Shown here: positions 29,242 through 38,632 of the stretch, one piece after another
Numbering within the stretch: position 1 is the first letter of the stretch
How the letters are laid out: each line of letters starts with the position of its first letter
DNA from: Sphingobacteriales bacterium
GTDB taxonomy: Bacteria > Bacteroidota > Bacteroidia > Chitinophagales > JADIYW01
Length of the DNA stretch: 48,318 bases
Direction of reading: 5' to 3'
NCBI GenBank assembly: GCA_043757615.1
Contig: JAYVPA010000181.1
Span: 1 to 48,318 of the forward strand
The notes under the pieces: generated by a model
Databases searched by the model: none
The model's input: the letters and a program-made list of their open reading frames with translations, nothing else
What the model was told of the DNA's origin: nothing
Made by a program: the position numbers and the translations under genes

Positions 29242-29832
29242 ATGCAAAAATTTATTTTCACCACAGCTTTGGCTGTTTTAGCAATTTTTTCCGCAAAGGC
29301 ACAAATGCCCGCAATTGGCACAAAAGCAATTGAATTAAATTATAAAGACCCGAATGGAAAAGATATTTCCTTATCTTCTTTGAAAGGCAATATGGTATTG
29401 CTGGATTTCTGGGCATCGTGGTGCGGACCGTGCAGGCGAAATAATCCTGCTGTAGTAGCATTATATAATAAATATCAAGGTAAAAAATGGGTAAAGAATG
29501 TAAAAGGATTTACCGTTTACAGTGTTTCTTTAGACCAGAACGCAGAAGCATGGAAACAAGCAATTAAACAAGATGGCCTGGTTTGGGAAAACCATGTATC
29601 TGATTTAAAAGGATGGTCATCAGAAGCAGGAGGAAAATATGGTATCCGTTCTATTCCCCAAACTGTCTTAATTGATGAAAGTGGCTATGTAATTGCTATC
29701 AATCCTGCTCATGAACTGATTGAGCAGTTAGTAAACAAAAAGCTTGCGGGAAGCACTGTATCTACAAAGACTAAAACTTCTAAAACAAAGACTGTAACTA
29801 CAAAATCCAAGTCTACAAAAAGTAATAAGTAA
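29242..29832 (+). CDS. TlpA-family thiol:disulfide oxidoreductase (thioredoxin fold) with a Lys/Thr/Ser-rich C-terminal tail
   Basis: Signal peptide MQKFIFTTALAVLAIFSAKAQ from the ATG at 29242, redox motif WASWCGPC, tail STKTKTSKTKTVTTKSKSTKSNK. Confidence 0.85.
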   Translation: MQKFIFTTALAVLAIFSAKAQMPAIGTKAIELNYKDPNGKDISLSSLKGNMVLLDFWASWCGPCRRNNPAVVALYNKYQGKKWVKNVKGFTVYSVSLDQNAEAWKQAIKQDGLVWENHVSDLKGWSSEAGGKYGIRSIPQTVLIDESGYVIAINPAHELIEQLVNKKLAGSTVSTKTKTSKTKTVTTKSKSTKSNK

Positions 29833-29866
29833 ATTGACACATTTCTATTAAAATGAGTGTCAATTT
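29831..29866 (+). promoter_or_regulatory. Inverted repeat AAATTGACAC-N16-GTGTCAATTT at the TlpA stop / grpE upstream region
   Basis: Exact 10-bp arms overlapping the TlpA stop codon. No U-tract follows, so it is not a canonical intrinsic terminator. Confidence 0.5.
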
Positions 29867-29873
29867 GTCGCAT

Positions 29874-29906
29874 AAATCCTTTGGCAAACTATTTGCCTTA
29901 GGATTT
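29874..29906 (+). promoter_or_regulatory. 33-nt near-perfect palindrome directly upstream of grpE (candidate operator)
   Basis: AAATCC-TTT-GGCAAA-CTA-TTTGCC-TTA-GGATTT. 13 of 15 positions per arm pair. It ends 14 nt before the grpE ATG. Confidence 0.5.
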
Positions 29907-29919
29907 TTAAATTCTACAT

Positions 29920-30492
29920 ATGTTAGAGAAAAATGAGACTGTTGAAAATATACCAACAGATGAGACACCTATTGAGGAGACACAAATTCAGTCAGAAAGT
30001 CAGAATCAGGATAATACTTCAGAAAATGAGACTATTACAGAGGACGAATTGTCGGTCTTGAAAATCGAGTTGGAAGAGCAAAAAAATAAATTTTTACGTC
30101 TGTTTGCGGAGTTTGATAATTACAAAAAACGTAATGCGAAAGAACGTCTGGAATTATTCAAAACTGCCGGTCAGGAGACTATCCGTGATTTATTGCCGGT
30201 TTTAGACGATTTTCAACGTGCAGCAAAAGCGTATGAGCAGGATAACAATGTGGAGAATTACGCAAACGGCTTAAAACTGATTCAGGATAAATTCCAGAAA
30301 ACATTGCAAAATAAAGGCTTGAAAATTATTGAAAGCGTTGGAAAAGATTTCAATGTAGAGCAGCATGAAGCTATAGCGGAAGTACCTGCAGTTAATGACA
30401 ACCAAAAAGGAAAAATCATAGATGAAGTAGAATGCGGCTACACACTGAATGATACGATTATCAGATATGCAAAAGTAGTAGTTGGTAAATAA
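29920..30492 (+). CDS. grpE: Nucleotide exchange factor GrpE
   Basis: Acidic N-terminus, RLFAEFDNYKKR motif, C-terminal beta domain. Followed by dnaJ. Confidence 0.9.
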   Translation: MLEKNETVENIPTDETPIEETQIQSESQNQDNTSENETITEDELSVLKIELEEQKNKFLRLFAEFDNYKKRNAKERLELFKTAGQETIRDLLPVLDDFQRAAKAYEQDNNVENYANGLKLIQDKFQKTLQNKGLKIIESVGKDFNVEQHEAIAEVPAVNDNQKGKIIDEVECGYTLNDTIIRYAKVVVGK

Positions 30493-30496
30493 TTTA

Positions 30497-30528
30497 TACA
30501 ATTGTAGAATTGTACAATTATACAATTC
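30497..30528 (+). promoter_or_regulatory. Cluster of overlapping ACAATT/AATTGT inverted repeats between grpE and dnaJ
   Basis: TACAATTGTA (self-palindrome) then GAATTGTA-CAATTA-TACAATTC. Several mutually exclusive 7-8 bp hairpins are possible. Confidence 0.5.
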
Positions 30529-30548
30529 TCTAATTCAACAATTAAAAA

Positions 30549-31700
30549 ATGAAACGAGATTATTACGAAATATTAGGTGTAGCAAAAAATGCCGGCGCTG
30601 ATGATATAAAAAAAGCATACCGGAAACATGCATTGCAGCATCATCCGGATAGAAATCCAGGCGATAAAGCTTCTGAAGAAAAGTTTAAAGAAGCTGCAGA
30701 AGCATATGATATTTTAAGTAATGAAGAAAAACGTGCACGCTACGACCGGTTCGGACATCAGGGGGCAGCAGGTGGATTTGGCGGGCAAGGCGGCATGAAT
30801 ATGGATGATATCTTCTCTCAGTTCGGAGATATCTTCGGCAATGGTGGTGATGGTAATCCTTTCGAATCATTTTTTGGCGGTGGAGGCGGAAGACGCAGAG
30901 AACGCGGACAAGGTCAGCGCGGAAGCAATTTACGTGTGAAAGTGAAAATGGATTTAGAGGAAATTGCAAAAGGCGCTCAGAAGAAAATTAAAGTAAAAAA
31001 ACATATTAGCTGTGATGCATGCACCGGAATAGGAGCAAAAGACAGTTCATCTTATCAGACATGTAATACGTGTAACGGAAGTGGGGTTGTAAGAAAAGTA
31101 ACGCAAACTTTTTTAGGTCAGATGGCAACCACAGGTGCTTGTCCGACATGTGAAGGCGAGGGTAAAATCATCACAAATAAATGTACGAAGTGCCGTGGTG
31201 AAGGAAGAGTGTACGGAGAAGAAGTAGTAAGTATAGATATTCCTGCGGGCGTGAGCGAAGGCATTCAATTGTCCATGAACGGAAAAGGAAATGCCGGTGT
31301 GCGCGGCGGTTATGCCGGTGATTTATTAATCAATATAGAAGAAACACCGCATCCTGAATTGAAAAGAGAAGATACAAATGTCATATATCATTTGTATTTG
31401 AATTTTGCAGAAGTGGCATTAGGTACACAAGTGGAAGTTCCGACGATTGGCGGAAGCGCAAAAATAAAAATTCCAAAAGGTACACAAAGCGGTAAGTTAT
31501 TCCGTTTACAGGGTAAAGGTATTCCAAGCTTAAATGGCTATGGCAAAGGCGACCAGATTGTAGAAGTACAGGTATTTACACCGCAAGATTTATCGCATGA
31601 AGAGACAGAGCTGTTAGAGAAATTAAAAGAATCTAAAAATTTTAGTCCTTCAGCGCAGAAAGAAAAGAACAAAGGTTTTTTTGATAAGTTTTTTCATTAA
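30549..31700 (+). CDS. dnaJ: Molecular chaperone DnaJ
   Basis: J-domain with HPD (HHPDRNPGD), G/F-rich region, four CxxCxGxG zinc-finger repeats, C-terminal substrate-binding domains. Confidence 0.95.
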   Translation: MKRDYYEILGVAKNAGADDIKKAYRKHALQHHPDRNPGDKASEEKFKEAAEAYDILSNEEKRARYDRFGHQGAAGGFGGQGGMNMDDIFSQFGDIFGNGGDGNPFESFFGGGGGRRRERGQGQRGSNLRVKVKMDLEEIAKGAQKKIKVKKHISCDACTGIGAKDSSSYQTCNTCNGSGVVRKVTQTFLGQMATTGACPTCEGEGKIITNKCTKCRGEGRVYGEEVVSIDIPAGVSEGIQLSMNGKGNAGVRGGYAGDLLINIEETPHPELKREDTNVIYHLYLNFAEVALGTQVEVPTIGGSAKIKIPKGTQSGKLFRLQGKGIPSLNGYGKGDQIVEVQVFTPQDLSHEETELLEKLKESKNFSPSAQKEKNKGFFDKFFH

Positions 31701-31813
31701 CGGAACTATTCCTGAAATGAATATTTTACAATTATTAGTTTTTGGGCATTGTAATAATAAGTACACAGATACTACTTATATTTACATTCAGACTGATATT
31801 TAAATATTCAAAT

Positions 31814-32719
31814 TTGCTTTTACTCGACGTACAACATATCTCCAAATCATTTCAGAATAAACAGGCATTGCAGGATGTTAGTTTATCTTTAGAAAAAAAT
31901 AAAATCTACGGACTGCTCGGCCCGAATGGTGCAGGAAAAACTACACTTATTCGTAACATCACCCAGATATTTTTTCCGGACAGCGGTTCTATATTTTTTA
32001 ATGGCGAAAAATTATCTGAAAAACATCAGAATCAGATTGGCTACATGCCTGAAGAGCGGGGGCTCTACAAAAAAATGAAAGTTGGTGAGCAGCTGATTTA
32101 TTTCGCCCGTTTAAGAAATTTTACTAAACAGGATGCCGAACAAAAAATAAATTTCTGGCTGAAGAAACTGGATATTGAATCCTGGCGGAATAAAACGATT
32201 GAAGAATTATCTAAAGGCATGCAGCAAAAAGTACAGTTTGTGGCAACCATTCTGCATGAACCAACTCTATTGATTTTAGATGAACCGTTTTCAGGGTTAG
32301 ATCCAATAAATGCAGAAATCATCAAGAACGAAATTTTTGAATTGCATCAGAAAGGAACTACCATTATTTTTTCCACGCACAGAATGGAAAATGTGGAGGA
32401 AATCTGCGAAGATATTTTCCTGATTAATAACGGGAAAATTATTCTGGATGGAAATGTGCAAAATATCAAACAACAATACAAACAACATCTGATTAAAGTG
32501 GATGTGAATAATGATGTTGTATTAAACCCATCCACACAGGCACAAACACAAATTATAGAGCAAACAAAAACGCATCTTATTTTTAAACTGAAAGAAAATC
32601 AGAAGTCAAATGATATTCTGAAAACTCTGTTGCAAAATAATGTAGAGATTTCCGGTATGAGAGAAATCCTGCCAACTATAAACGAAATATTTATTCAATC
32701 TGTAAATAGTAATTCATAA
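31814..32719 (+). CDS. ABC transporter ATP-binding protein (ABC-2 exporter type)
   Basis: Walker A GPNGAGKTT, signature LSKGMQQK, Walker B LLILDEP. There is no in-frame ATG near the N-terminus. The TTG at 31814 gives the canonical MLLLDVQHISKSF start; the TTG at 31742 is the alternative. A TATATTTA box lies at ~31785. Confidence 0.8.
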   Translation: MLLLDVQHISKSFQNKQALQDVSLSLEKNKIYGLLGPNGAGKTTLIRNITQIFFPDSGSIFFNGEKLSEKHQNQIGYMPEERGLYKKMKVGEQLIYFARLRNFTKQDAEQKINFWLKKLDIESWRNKTIEELSKGMQQKVQFVATILHEPTLLILDEPFSGLDPINAEIIKNEIFELHQKGTTIIFSTHRMENVEEICEDIFLINNGKIILDGNVQNIKQQYKQHLIKVDVNNDVVLNPSTQAQTQIIEQTKTHLIFKLKENQKSNDILKTLLQNNVEISGMREILPTINEIFIQSVNSNS

Positions 32720-34024
32720 TTGAAAAAAGTCTGGTTCATTATACATCGCGAATACACTACACGGGTAAGAAAAAAATCTTTTATCCTGTTAACGCTGTTG
32801 CTGCCTGTATTGATTGGATTGATGACGGTTGCAATGATAGAAATTGCGACGAATGCACAGGAAAAACTCACCATTGCGGTGAAAGATGAAAGCGGTTTGT
32901 TTGAAGATAAATTCCGCGGAATGGATATCGGGGAAAGTTTACGGTTTAAATATTTAACGAACAATCCGCAATCGATAGATTCCTTAAAAAATATTTATCA
33001 GAACATTGATTGTGACGGCATCTTATACATTCCAAAAATAAATTTGGAAAAGCCATTAGGCATTGCATATTATTCGGATAATGAATTAGGTAGTACAACA
33101 GAAGAACATATTAATAAAAATGTTTCGGAAGAAATAAGAAGACGTGCTTTACTGGAGAGAAATTATAACGCAGATACAATTGAACTATTTAATAAACCGG
33201 TCAGCATAGAAAAAATTATTAATAATGAGAAGAAAAAAAGCGGCTCTGAAGTTGCGGGAATTTTCGGATATGCCTGCGGTTTTTTAATTTATATTTTCCT
33301 GATTGTGTATGGTGCTATGGTTATGCGAAGCATCACAGAGGAAAAATCAAACCGTATTGTAGAAGTACTGGTGACGAGTGTAAAACCGTTTCAGCTGATG
33401 ATTGGAAAAATTATCGGTATCGGTGCGGTTGGCCTTACGCAGTTTGTTCTTTGGGGAATTCTGACATTTGGAATTAATATGCTGCTGCCTTTATTTTTAG
33501 GAGATAAAATGCTGGCGATGCAAACCATGCAGCAAACTAATCAGTTTACAAATACATCAGAAAGTACACAACTGCTGATTAATATTTCTAATGCATTTCA
33601 TGATTTAGATATTGCTCGTATCTTATTTAGCTTTGTGTTTTATTTTATTTTCGGATACTTGTTCTATGCATCACAATTTGCCGCTATCGGTGCAGCTATG
33701 ACAGACGACAGCGACGCGCAGTCGTTTACATTTCCGGTCACCATTCCGATTATTGTCTCGATGATATTGATGTCAGTGACATTGCAGCAGCCATTCTCCT
33801 CAGCGGCATTCTGGGGGTCTATGCTCCCGTTCTCTTCCCCGATAATCATGATTGCACGTATACCGTTTCATGTGCCGTGGTGGCAGCAATTACTATCCAT
33901 GTTTATCTTATTTATTTGTTCTTTAGGAATGGTGTTTGTAGCTGCAAAAATATATCGGGTTGGTATTTTAATACAAGGAAAAAAGATTACATTTAAAGAA
34001 ATCGGTAAATGGATTTTTTATTGA
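32720..34024 (+). CDS. ABC-2 family transporter permease (NatB/YhaP-like)
   Basis: 434 aa: N-terminal TM, large extracytoplasmic loop, five C-terminal TMs. The TTG start abuts the ATPase stop (TAATTG). Confidence 0.8.
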   Translation: MKKVWFIIHREYTTRVRKKSFILLTLLLPVLIGLMTVAMIEIATNAQEKLTIAVKDESGLFEDKFRGMDIGESLRFKYLTNNPQSIDSLKNIYQNIDCDGILYIPKINLEKPLGIAYYSDNELGSTTEEHINKNVSEEIRRRALLERNYNADTIELFNKPVSIEKIINNEKKKSGSEVAGIFGYACGFLIYIFLIVYGAMVMRSITEEKSNRIVEVLVTSVKPFQLMIGKIIGIGAVGLTQFVLWGILTFGINMLLPLFLGDKMLAMQTMQQTNQFTNTSESTQLLINISNAFHDLDIARILFSFVFYFIFGYLFYASQFAAIGAAMTDDSDAQSFTFPVTIPIIVSMILMSVTLQQPFSSAAFWGSMLPFSSPIIMIARIPFHVPWWQQLLSMFILFICSLGMVFVAAKIYRVGILIQGKKITFKEIGKWIFY

Positions 34025-34040
34025 TGCCTGTCAATAAAAT

Positions 34041-34075
34041 AAAAAGGAAGCAGGCTTAATATCTGCTTCCTTTTT
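34041..34075. terminator. Bidirectional Rho-independent terminator between convergent genes
   Basis: AAAAAGGAAGCAG-9 nt loop-CTGCTTCCTTTTT, with exact 13-bp arms including A/T tracts on both sides. Confidence 0.85.
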
Positions 34076-34083
34076 AGATAGTT

Positions 34084-34491
34084 TTAATTAATTCTTTCAA
34101 ATGTAGCCGATATCTGTTCTCTATTTACAAAATCAAAAAATATCATACGGCTGCCATCTTCTGTAATTTGAAACACAAATTCTATATCTGCAATATTATT
34201 GATATGCACAACATTCCTTGAGATGTCCCATGTAAATGGAGCTGTTGTTATTGTCACCGCATTTCCAAGATTAGTTGTAGTGATTTTAACGTTTCCTGTT
34301 CCGTGCAGTTCGTCAGCACCTTTTATAAATTCACGTTCAGTAGTTCTGTTGCCGTTCACGGCTCTCCATTTTCCGATGATGGTTTTATTAGAAGGAGCGA
34401 TGTCTGTTGCTTCTTTTTTGCAGGATTGTAAGCTGAACGAAGAAAGTAGGACAACGATGCTAAGTGCGATTTTGATGATGGATGATTTCAT
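34084..34491 (-). CDS. Small lipoprotein, lipocalin-like
   Basis: MKSSIIKIALSIVVLLSSFSLQSC lipobox signal from the internal ATG at 34491, followed by ~110 aa beta-rich with GKW. The track's 27-aa upstream extension is unlikely. Confidence 0.6.
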   Translation of the reverse strand: MKSSIIKIALSIVVLLSSFSLQSCKKEATDIAPSNKTIIGKWRAVNGNRTTEREFIKGADELHGTGNVKITTTNLGNAVTITTAPFTWDISRNVVHINNIADIEFVFQITEDGSRMIFFDFVNREQISATFERIN

Positions 34492-34683
34492 GATGTTTGA
34501 TTTTAGTTGTTTGTAATAATTAATAGTACAAAGTTGACTAAAACTATATTCTGAAACTTCGTGAAAAACCATTGATAATAAAATTCAGGGAAAACCGCTA
34601 AAATTATTTTTATCATAAGGATTGAAAGTTTTAACTATTTAGATTCATAGTAATATAAATTTTTATACCTTTATTATTGATTT

Positions 34684-35808
34684 ATGAAAAAAATCGTAAT
34701 ATATTTATGCATAGCTCGAATTCTATTATGTTGCATTTCTTGTAAAAGGTATACAGCTAAGGAATACTATGTTAGAGGTGTTGGCAAAAGCGATAAAGGT
34801 GATTTTAAAAATGCAATTAAAGATTATGATGAAGCGATAAAGTTGAATCCAAATGATACTAACTCCTACATAAACCGTGGAATAGCAAAATCAAAATTAG
34901 GACGGGAAAAAGAATCATTGAAGGATTTTCAGATTGCTAATAAATTAAACCCTAATGACGTGGAAACATATTATAATATAGGATTAGCGTATTATAGAAT
35001 GGGGAAATATACAGAAGCAATTGAAAGTTTTACTGAGGCTATTCATATTTATCCATACTACACAGAAGCATATACAAATCGCGGGAATGTATATAATGAT
35101 ATTGGGAAATTCAACGAAGCTTTAATAGATTACAATAAAGCAATTAAAATGGATTCTACTAACAAGTTTGCATATAATAATCGAGGTGGAGTGAAGAATG
35201 ATTTAGGTGATTATGCAGGAGCTTTGTTTGATTATAATAAAGCAATTGAAATTGATTCTAATTATACTAATGCATATTATAACAGAGGGATAGTTGAGAA
35301 TACATTAGAAAAATATATAGAAGCCATATCTGATTATTCTCTAGCGATAAAATTAGATTCCAAAGACCCTGTTCTCTATAACAATAGAGGAAATACAAAA
35401 TGCAGAATGGGAAATCATAGTAGTGCAATAGCAGATTATAATAAAGCAATTAAATTAAATCCCAACTATTCTGATGCATATAGTAACCGAGGCAATGCCA
35501 GAAGAGCATTAAGGGATTATATCGGTGCATTAAAGGATTATGATAAAGCTATTAAGATAAATAATACAAATGTGGATGCATATTCCAATCGTGGAGGTCT
35601 CAAGAATAATATGGATGATTATAAAGGCGCTATAGAAGATTTCAATATTGCAATTAAATTAAATCCTACCGATACAGATAATTTTATAAACAGAGGTTTG
35701 GTAAGGTTAAATATAAAAGATAAAACAGGAGCGTGTGAAGATTTTAAATCTGCTGAAAAGCTAGGCAGTATAGAAGCTTCGGATTTAATTAAAAAAAATT
35801 GTAAATAG
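34684..35808 (+). CDS. Tetratricopeptide-repeat lipoprotein (10 contiguous TPR units)
   Basis: Signal/lipobox LLCCISC, then ten back-to-back 34-aa units with consensus AY.NRG......DY..AI.DYNKAIKLNPN. Confidence 0.9.
   Translation: MKKIVIYLCIARILLCCISCKRYTAKEYYVRGVGKSDKGDFKNAIKDYDEAIKLNPNDTNSYINRGIAKSKLGREKESLKDFQIANKLNPNDVETYYNIGLAYYRMGKYTEAIESFTEAIHIYPYYTEAYTNRGNVYNDIGKFNEALIDYNKAIKMDSTNKFAYNNRGGVKNDLGDYAGALFDYNKAIEIDSNYTNAYYNRGIVENTLEKYIEAISDYSLAIKLDSKDPVLYNNRGNTKCRMGNHSSAIADYNKAIKLNPNYSDAYSNRGNARRALRDYIGALKDYDKAIKINNTNVDAYSNRGGLKNNMDDYKGAIEDFNIAIKLNPTDTDNFINRGLVRLNIKDKTGACEDFKSAEKLGSIEASDLIKKNCK
34756..35769 (+). repeat. Tandem 102-nt coding periodicity (TPR units) inside the TPR gene
   Basis: GATTATAATAAAGCAATTAAA-like segments recur at 35127, 35229, 35331, 35433, 35535 and 35637, an exact 102-nt period. 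Confidence 0.85.
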
Positions 35809-35816
35809 GATTTCTT

Positions 35817-36839
35817 CTACAACCCCAACTCCACCATCTTCAATTCCCAGTTCCATGCACTGAGCATAGCATCTTCTAATGAATAGTTGCAAGTCCAATG
35901 AAGTTTAGAATATGCTTTAGAATTATCTGCATATACAGCTGTTACATCGCCGGCGCGACGTTCACCGATTTCATAGAATAATTTTTTATTACTTACTTTT
36001 TCAAACGCAGCAATTGCCTGAAAAACAGAAACACCATGACCTGTTCCTAAATTAAACACTTCTAAATTTTCAGTATTCTTTTTTGCTAATAAATATTGCA
36101 ATGCTAAAGTATGTGCATGCGCAATATCGCATACATGAATATAATCGCGCACGCAACTGCCATCGCTTGTAGGATAATCATTTCCAAATACAGTCAACTG
36201 TTTTATTTTTCCAATTGCGGATTGTGTAATATATGGAACTAAATTATTTGGCTGGTCGATTGGAATTTCACCAATGAAAGCAGATGGATGCGCGCCAATC
36301 GGATTAAAGTAACGCAATAGAATATGTTGTGTGTCGTTAACTTTTGAAAAATTATGTATAATGTCTTCGCCGATTTGTTTTGTATGCGCATACGGGCTTT
36401 CCGCATGTTTGATAGGCGTACTTTCTGTTACAGGTAATTCATCGGCATTGCCGTATACAGAACAAGAAGAAGAAAAAACAAAATTCGGAATATGGTATGT
36501 TGATATCGCAGCTAATACATTCAGCAAAGAATCTATGTTGTTTGAATAATACAACAATGGTTTTTCAACCGATTCTCCGACAGATTTTAATGCAGCAAAA
36601 TGAATGATTCCAACGGCATCTTTATGCTCAGCAAATACATTTAATGCAGCATCGTTATCACATAAATCAATATTATAAAACACAGGTTTTTTACCGGTGA
36701 TTTTTTCAATACCTGTAAGTGCATATTCTGAAGAACGTGATAGATTATCTATACAAACGACATCAAATCCGTTTTCCATTAAGTCCACAATAGTATGTGA
36801 ACCGATATATCCTGTGCCGCCTGTAACGATTACCTTCAT
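35817..36839 (-). CDS. galE: UDP-glucose 4-epimerase
   Basis: N-terminal Rossmann motif VTGGTGYIGSH, catalytic YAHTK (YxxxK), 340 aa. Confidence 0.9.
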   Translation of the reverse strand: MKVIVTGGTGYIGSHTIVDLMENGFDVVCIDNLSRSSEYALTGIEKITGKKPVFYNIDLCDNDAALNVFAEHKDAVGIIHFAALKSVGESVEKPLLYYSNNIDSLLNVLAAISTYHIPNFVFSSSCSVYGNADELPVTESTPIKHAESPYAHTKQIGEDIIHNFSKVNDTQHILLRYFNPIGAHPSAFIGEIPIDQPNNLVPYITQSAIGKIKQLTVFGNDYPTSDGSCVRDYIHVCDIAHAHTLALQYLLAKKNTENLEVFNLGTGHGVSVFQAIAAFEKVSNKKLFYEIGERRAGDVTAVYADNSKAYSKLHWTCNYSLEDAMLSAWNWELKMVELGL

Positions 36840-36924
36840 TTAGTTTAAGAATTTAAAAGTTTAGGAGTTTAAGAGTTAATCTGGTTCGCAAATTCATAAA
36901 TTCACTAACTAATTAACTCACAAA

Positions 36925-37785
36925 CTATTTCAATATATCAAGCAAGTATTGTCCGTAGCCGCTTTTTAATAAAGGCTGTGCAATTGCCTGCAATGCTTCT
37001 TTAGAAATAAATCCTTTTCTGTAGGCTACTTCTTCAATACAACCCACTTTCAAACCTTGTCGTTGTTCTATAACCTGTACAAATTGTGAGGCTTGCATCA
37101 ATGAATCAAATGTACCTGTATCAAGCCACGCTGTGCCTCTGTCCAGAATTCCAACCTTTAATTTTCCGCGTTCAAGATAAATTTTATTGACGTCTGTAAT
37201 TTCATATTCACCGCGCGGACTTGGTTTTAACTCTTCAGCAATCTTCACCACTTCATTATCATAAAAATATAAACCCGGAACTGCATAATTTGATTTTGGC
37301 ACCTTAGGCTTTTCTTCAATAGAAACCGCTTTAAAATTTTTATCAAATTCTACTACACCATATCTTTCAGGATCCGAAACATGGTATGCATAAATCACAC
37401 CGCCGACAGGGTCATTATTTTTTGTCAGTAAATCCATCAAGCCTGAACCATAAAAAATATTATCACCTAAAATCAGAGCAACTTTATCCTTTCCGATAAA
37501 TTCTTTTCCAATAACAAAAGCCTGTGCCAGGCCATTCGGCACTTCCTGAATGGCATATTGAAAATTACAGCCATAAATTTTTCCGTCACCTAACAATCTT
37601 TGAAAATTCGGCATATCATGGGGTGTGGAAATAATCAGAATTTCATTAATTCCTGCCTGCATCAGAACAGAAAGCGGATAATAAATCATCGGCTTATCAT
37701 AAATCGGCATAATTTGTTTACTGATAGCATATGTAATCGGATATAATCGCGTACCTGAACCGCCTGCTAAAATAATTCCCTTCAT
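36925..37785 (-). CDS. rfbA: Glucose-1-phosphate thymidylyltransferase
   Basis: [18 protein letters not shown] signature, 286 aa, the RmlA motif set. Confidence 0.9.
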   Translation of the reverse strand: MKGIILAGGSGTRLYPITYAISKQIMPIYDKPMIYYPLSVLMQAGINEILIISTPHDMPNFQRLLGDGKIYGCNFQYAIQEVPNGLAQAFVIGKEFIGKDKVALILGDNIFYGSGLMDLLTKNNDPVGGVIYAYHVSDPERYGVVEFDKNFKAVSIEEKPKVPKSNYAVPGLYFYDNEVVKIAEELKPSPRGEYEITDVNKIYLERGKLKVGILDRGTAWLDTGTFDSLMQASQFVQVIEQRQGLKVGCIEEVAYRKGFISKEALQAIAQPLLKSGYGQYLLDILK

Positions 37786-37934
37786 AAATGATATTGCTTA
37801 AAATATTGAATGTTAATAATAAAACGCGAAAATACGCACTAAAACACGATAAAATTAATATGTTTGTCTGGAAAATTGGCAGATTTAAAAAAATATGTTA
37901 ATTTAGCGTTAACACAATAAATATCCTATACAAA

Positions 37935-38624
37935 ATGGCTGAAAAAATTTTTAAAATCCTGGTTGTCGATGACGAACCGGATATCCTTGAATTCCTAAGT
38001 TACAATTTAGAGAAAGAGGGATTTTTAGTAGAAACTGCTGAAAATGGTAAACAGGCTTTGGAAAAAGCAAAGAAAAACCAACCTGATATAGTATTATTAG
38101 ATGTAATGATGCCGGAAATGGACGGTATCGAAGCTTGCAGAACAATGCGCGAAATGCCGCAGTTTGAACATACAATTATTGCATTTTTAACAGCAAGAAC
38201 AGAAGATTATTCCCAGATTGCAGGTTTTGAAACCGGGGCCGATGATTATATCAGCAAACCGATAAAACCAAGAGTTTTAGTTAGTCGTTTAAAAGCCTTA
38301 TTGAGAAGATACGAAGCGAAAGAATCAAAATCTACTTTCTTAGATGTAGGAAATATTCAAATCGACAGAGAACGTTATTTAATTATCTTTAACGGTAAGG
38401 AAATGGCTGTTCCGCGTAAAGAGTTTGAATTGCTATACCTGCTTGCATCAAAACCGGGTAAGGTGTTTAAACGTGATGAAATCCTGAACGAAATCTGGGG
38501 TCGCGATATCATCGTTGGTGACAGAACAATTGACGTTCACATCAGAAAATTACGTGAGAAATTAGGTGAAGAATTAATCAAAACAGTAAAAGGTATCGGA
38601 TACAAATTTGAAGAACAAAACTAA
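37935..38624 (+). CDS. Response regulator transcription factor, OmpR/PhoB family
   Basis: Receiver domain (DD...D...K) with phospho-acceptor in LLDVMMP. C-terminal winged helix (TIDVHIRKLREKL, GIGYKF). Confidence 0.9.
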   Translation: MAEKIFKILVVDDEPDILEFLSYNLEKEGFLVETAENGKQALEKAKKNQPDIVLLDVMMPEMDGIEACRTMREMPQFEHTIIAFLTARTEDYSQIAGFETGADDYISKPIKPRVLVSRLKALLRRYEAKESKSTFLDVGNIQIDRERYLIIFNGKEMAVPRKEFELLYLLASKPGKVFKRDEILNEIWGRDIIVGDRTIDVHIRKLREKLGEELIKTVKGIGYKFEEQN

Positions 38625-38632
38625 TAATTTTT

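Noticed and set aside
34756-35769. Regular 102-nt periodicity that could superficially suggest a repeat array or CRISPR
   Set aside because: The period is exactly 34 codons inside one open reading frame with the TPR consensus. There is no repeat/spacer structure and there are no cas genes.
36845-36880. Direct repeats of TTAAACT/GTTTAAG upstream of galE
   Set aside because: These are short, AT-only, imperfect repeats in a low-complexity leader. They are indistinguishable from chance at this composition.
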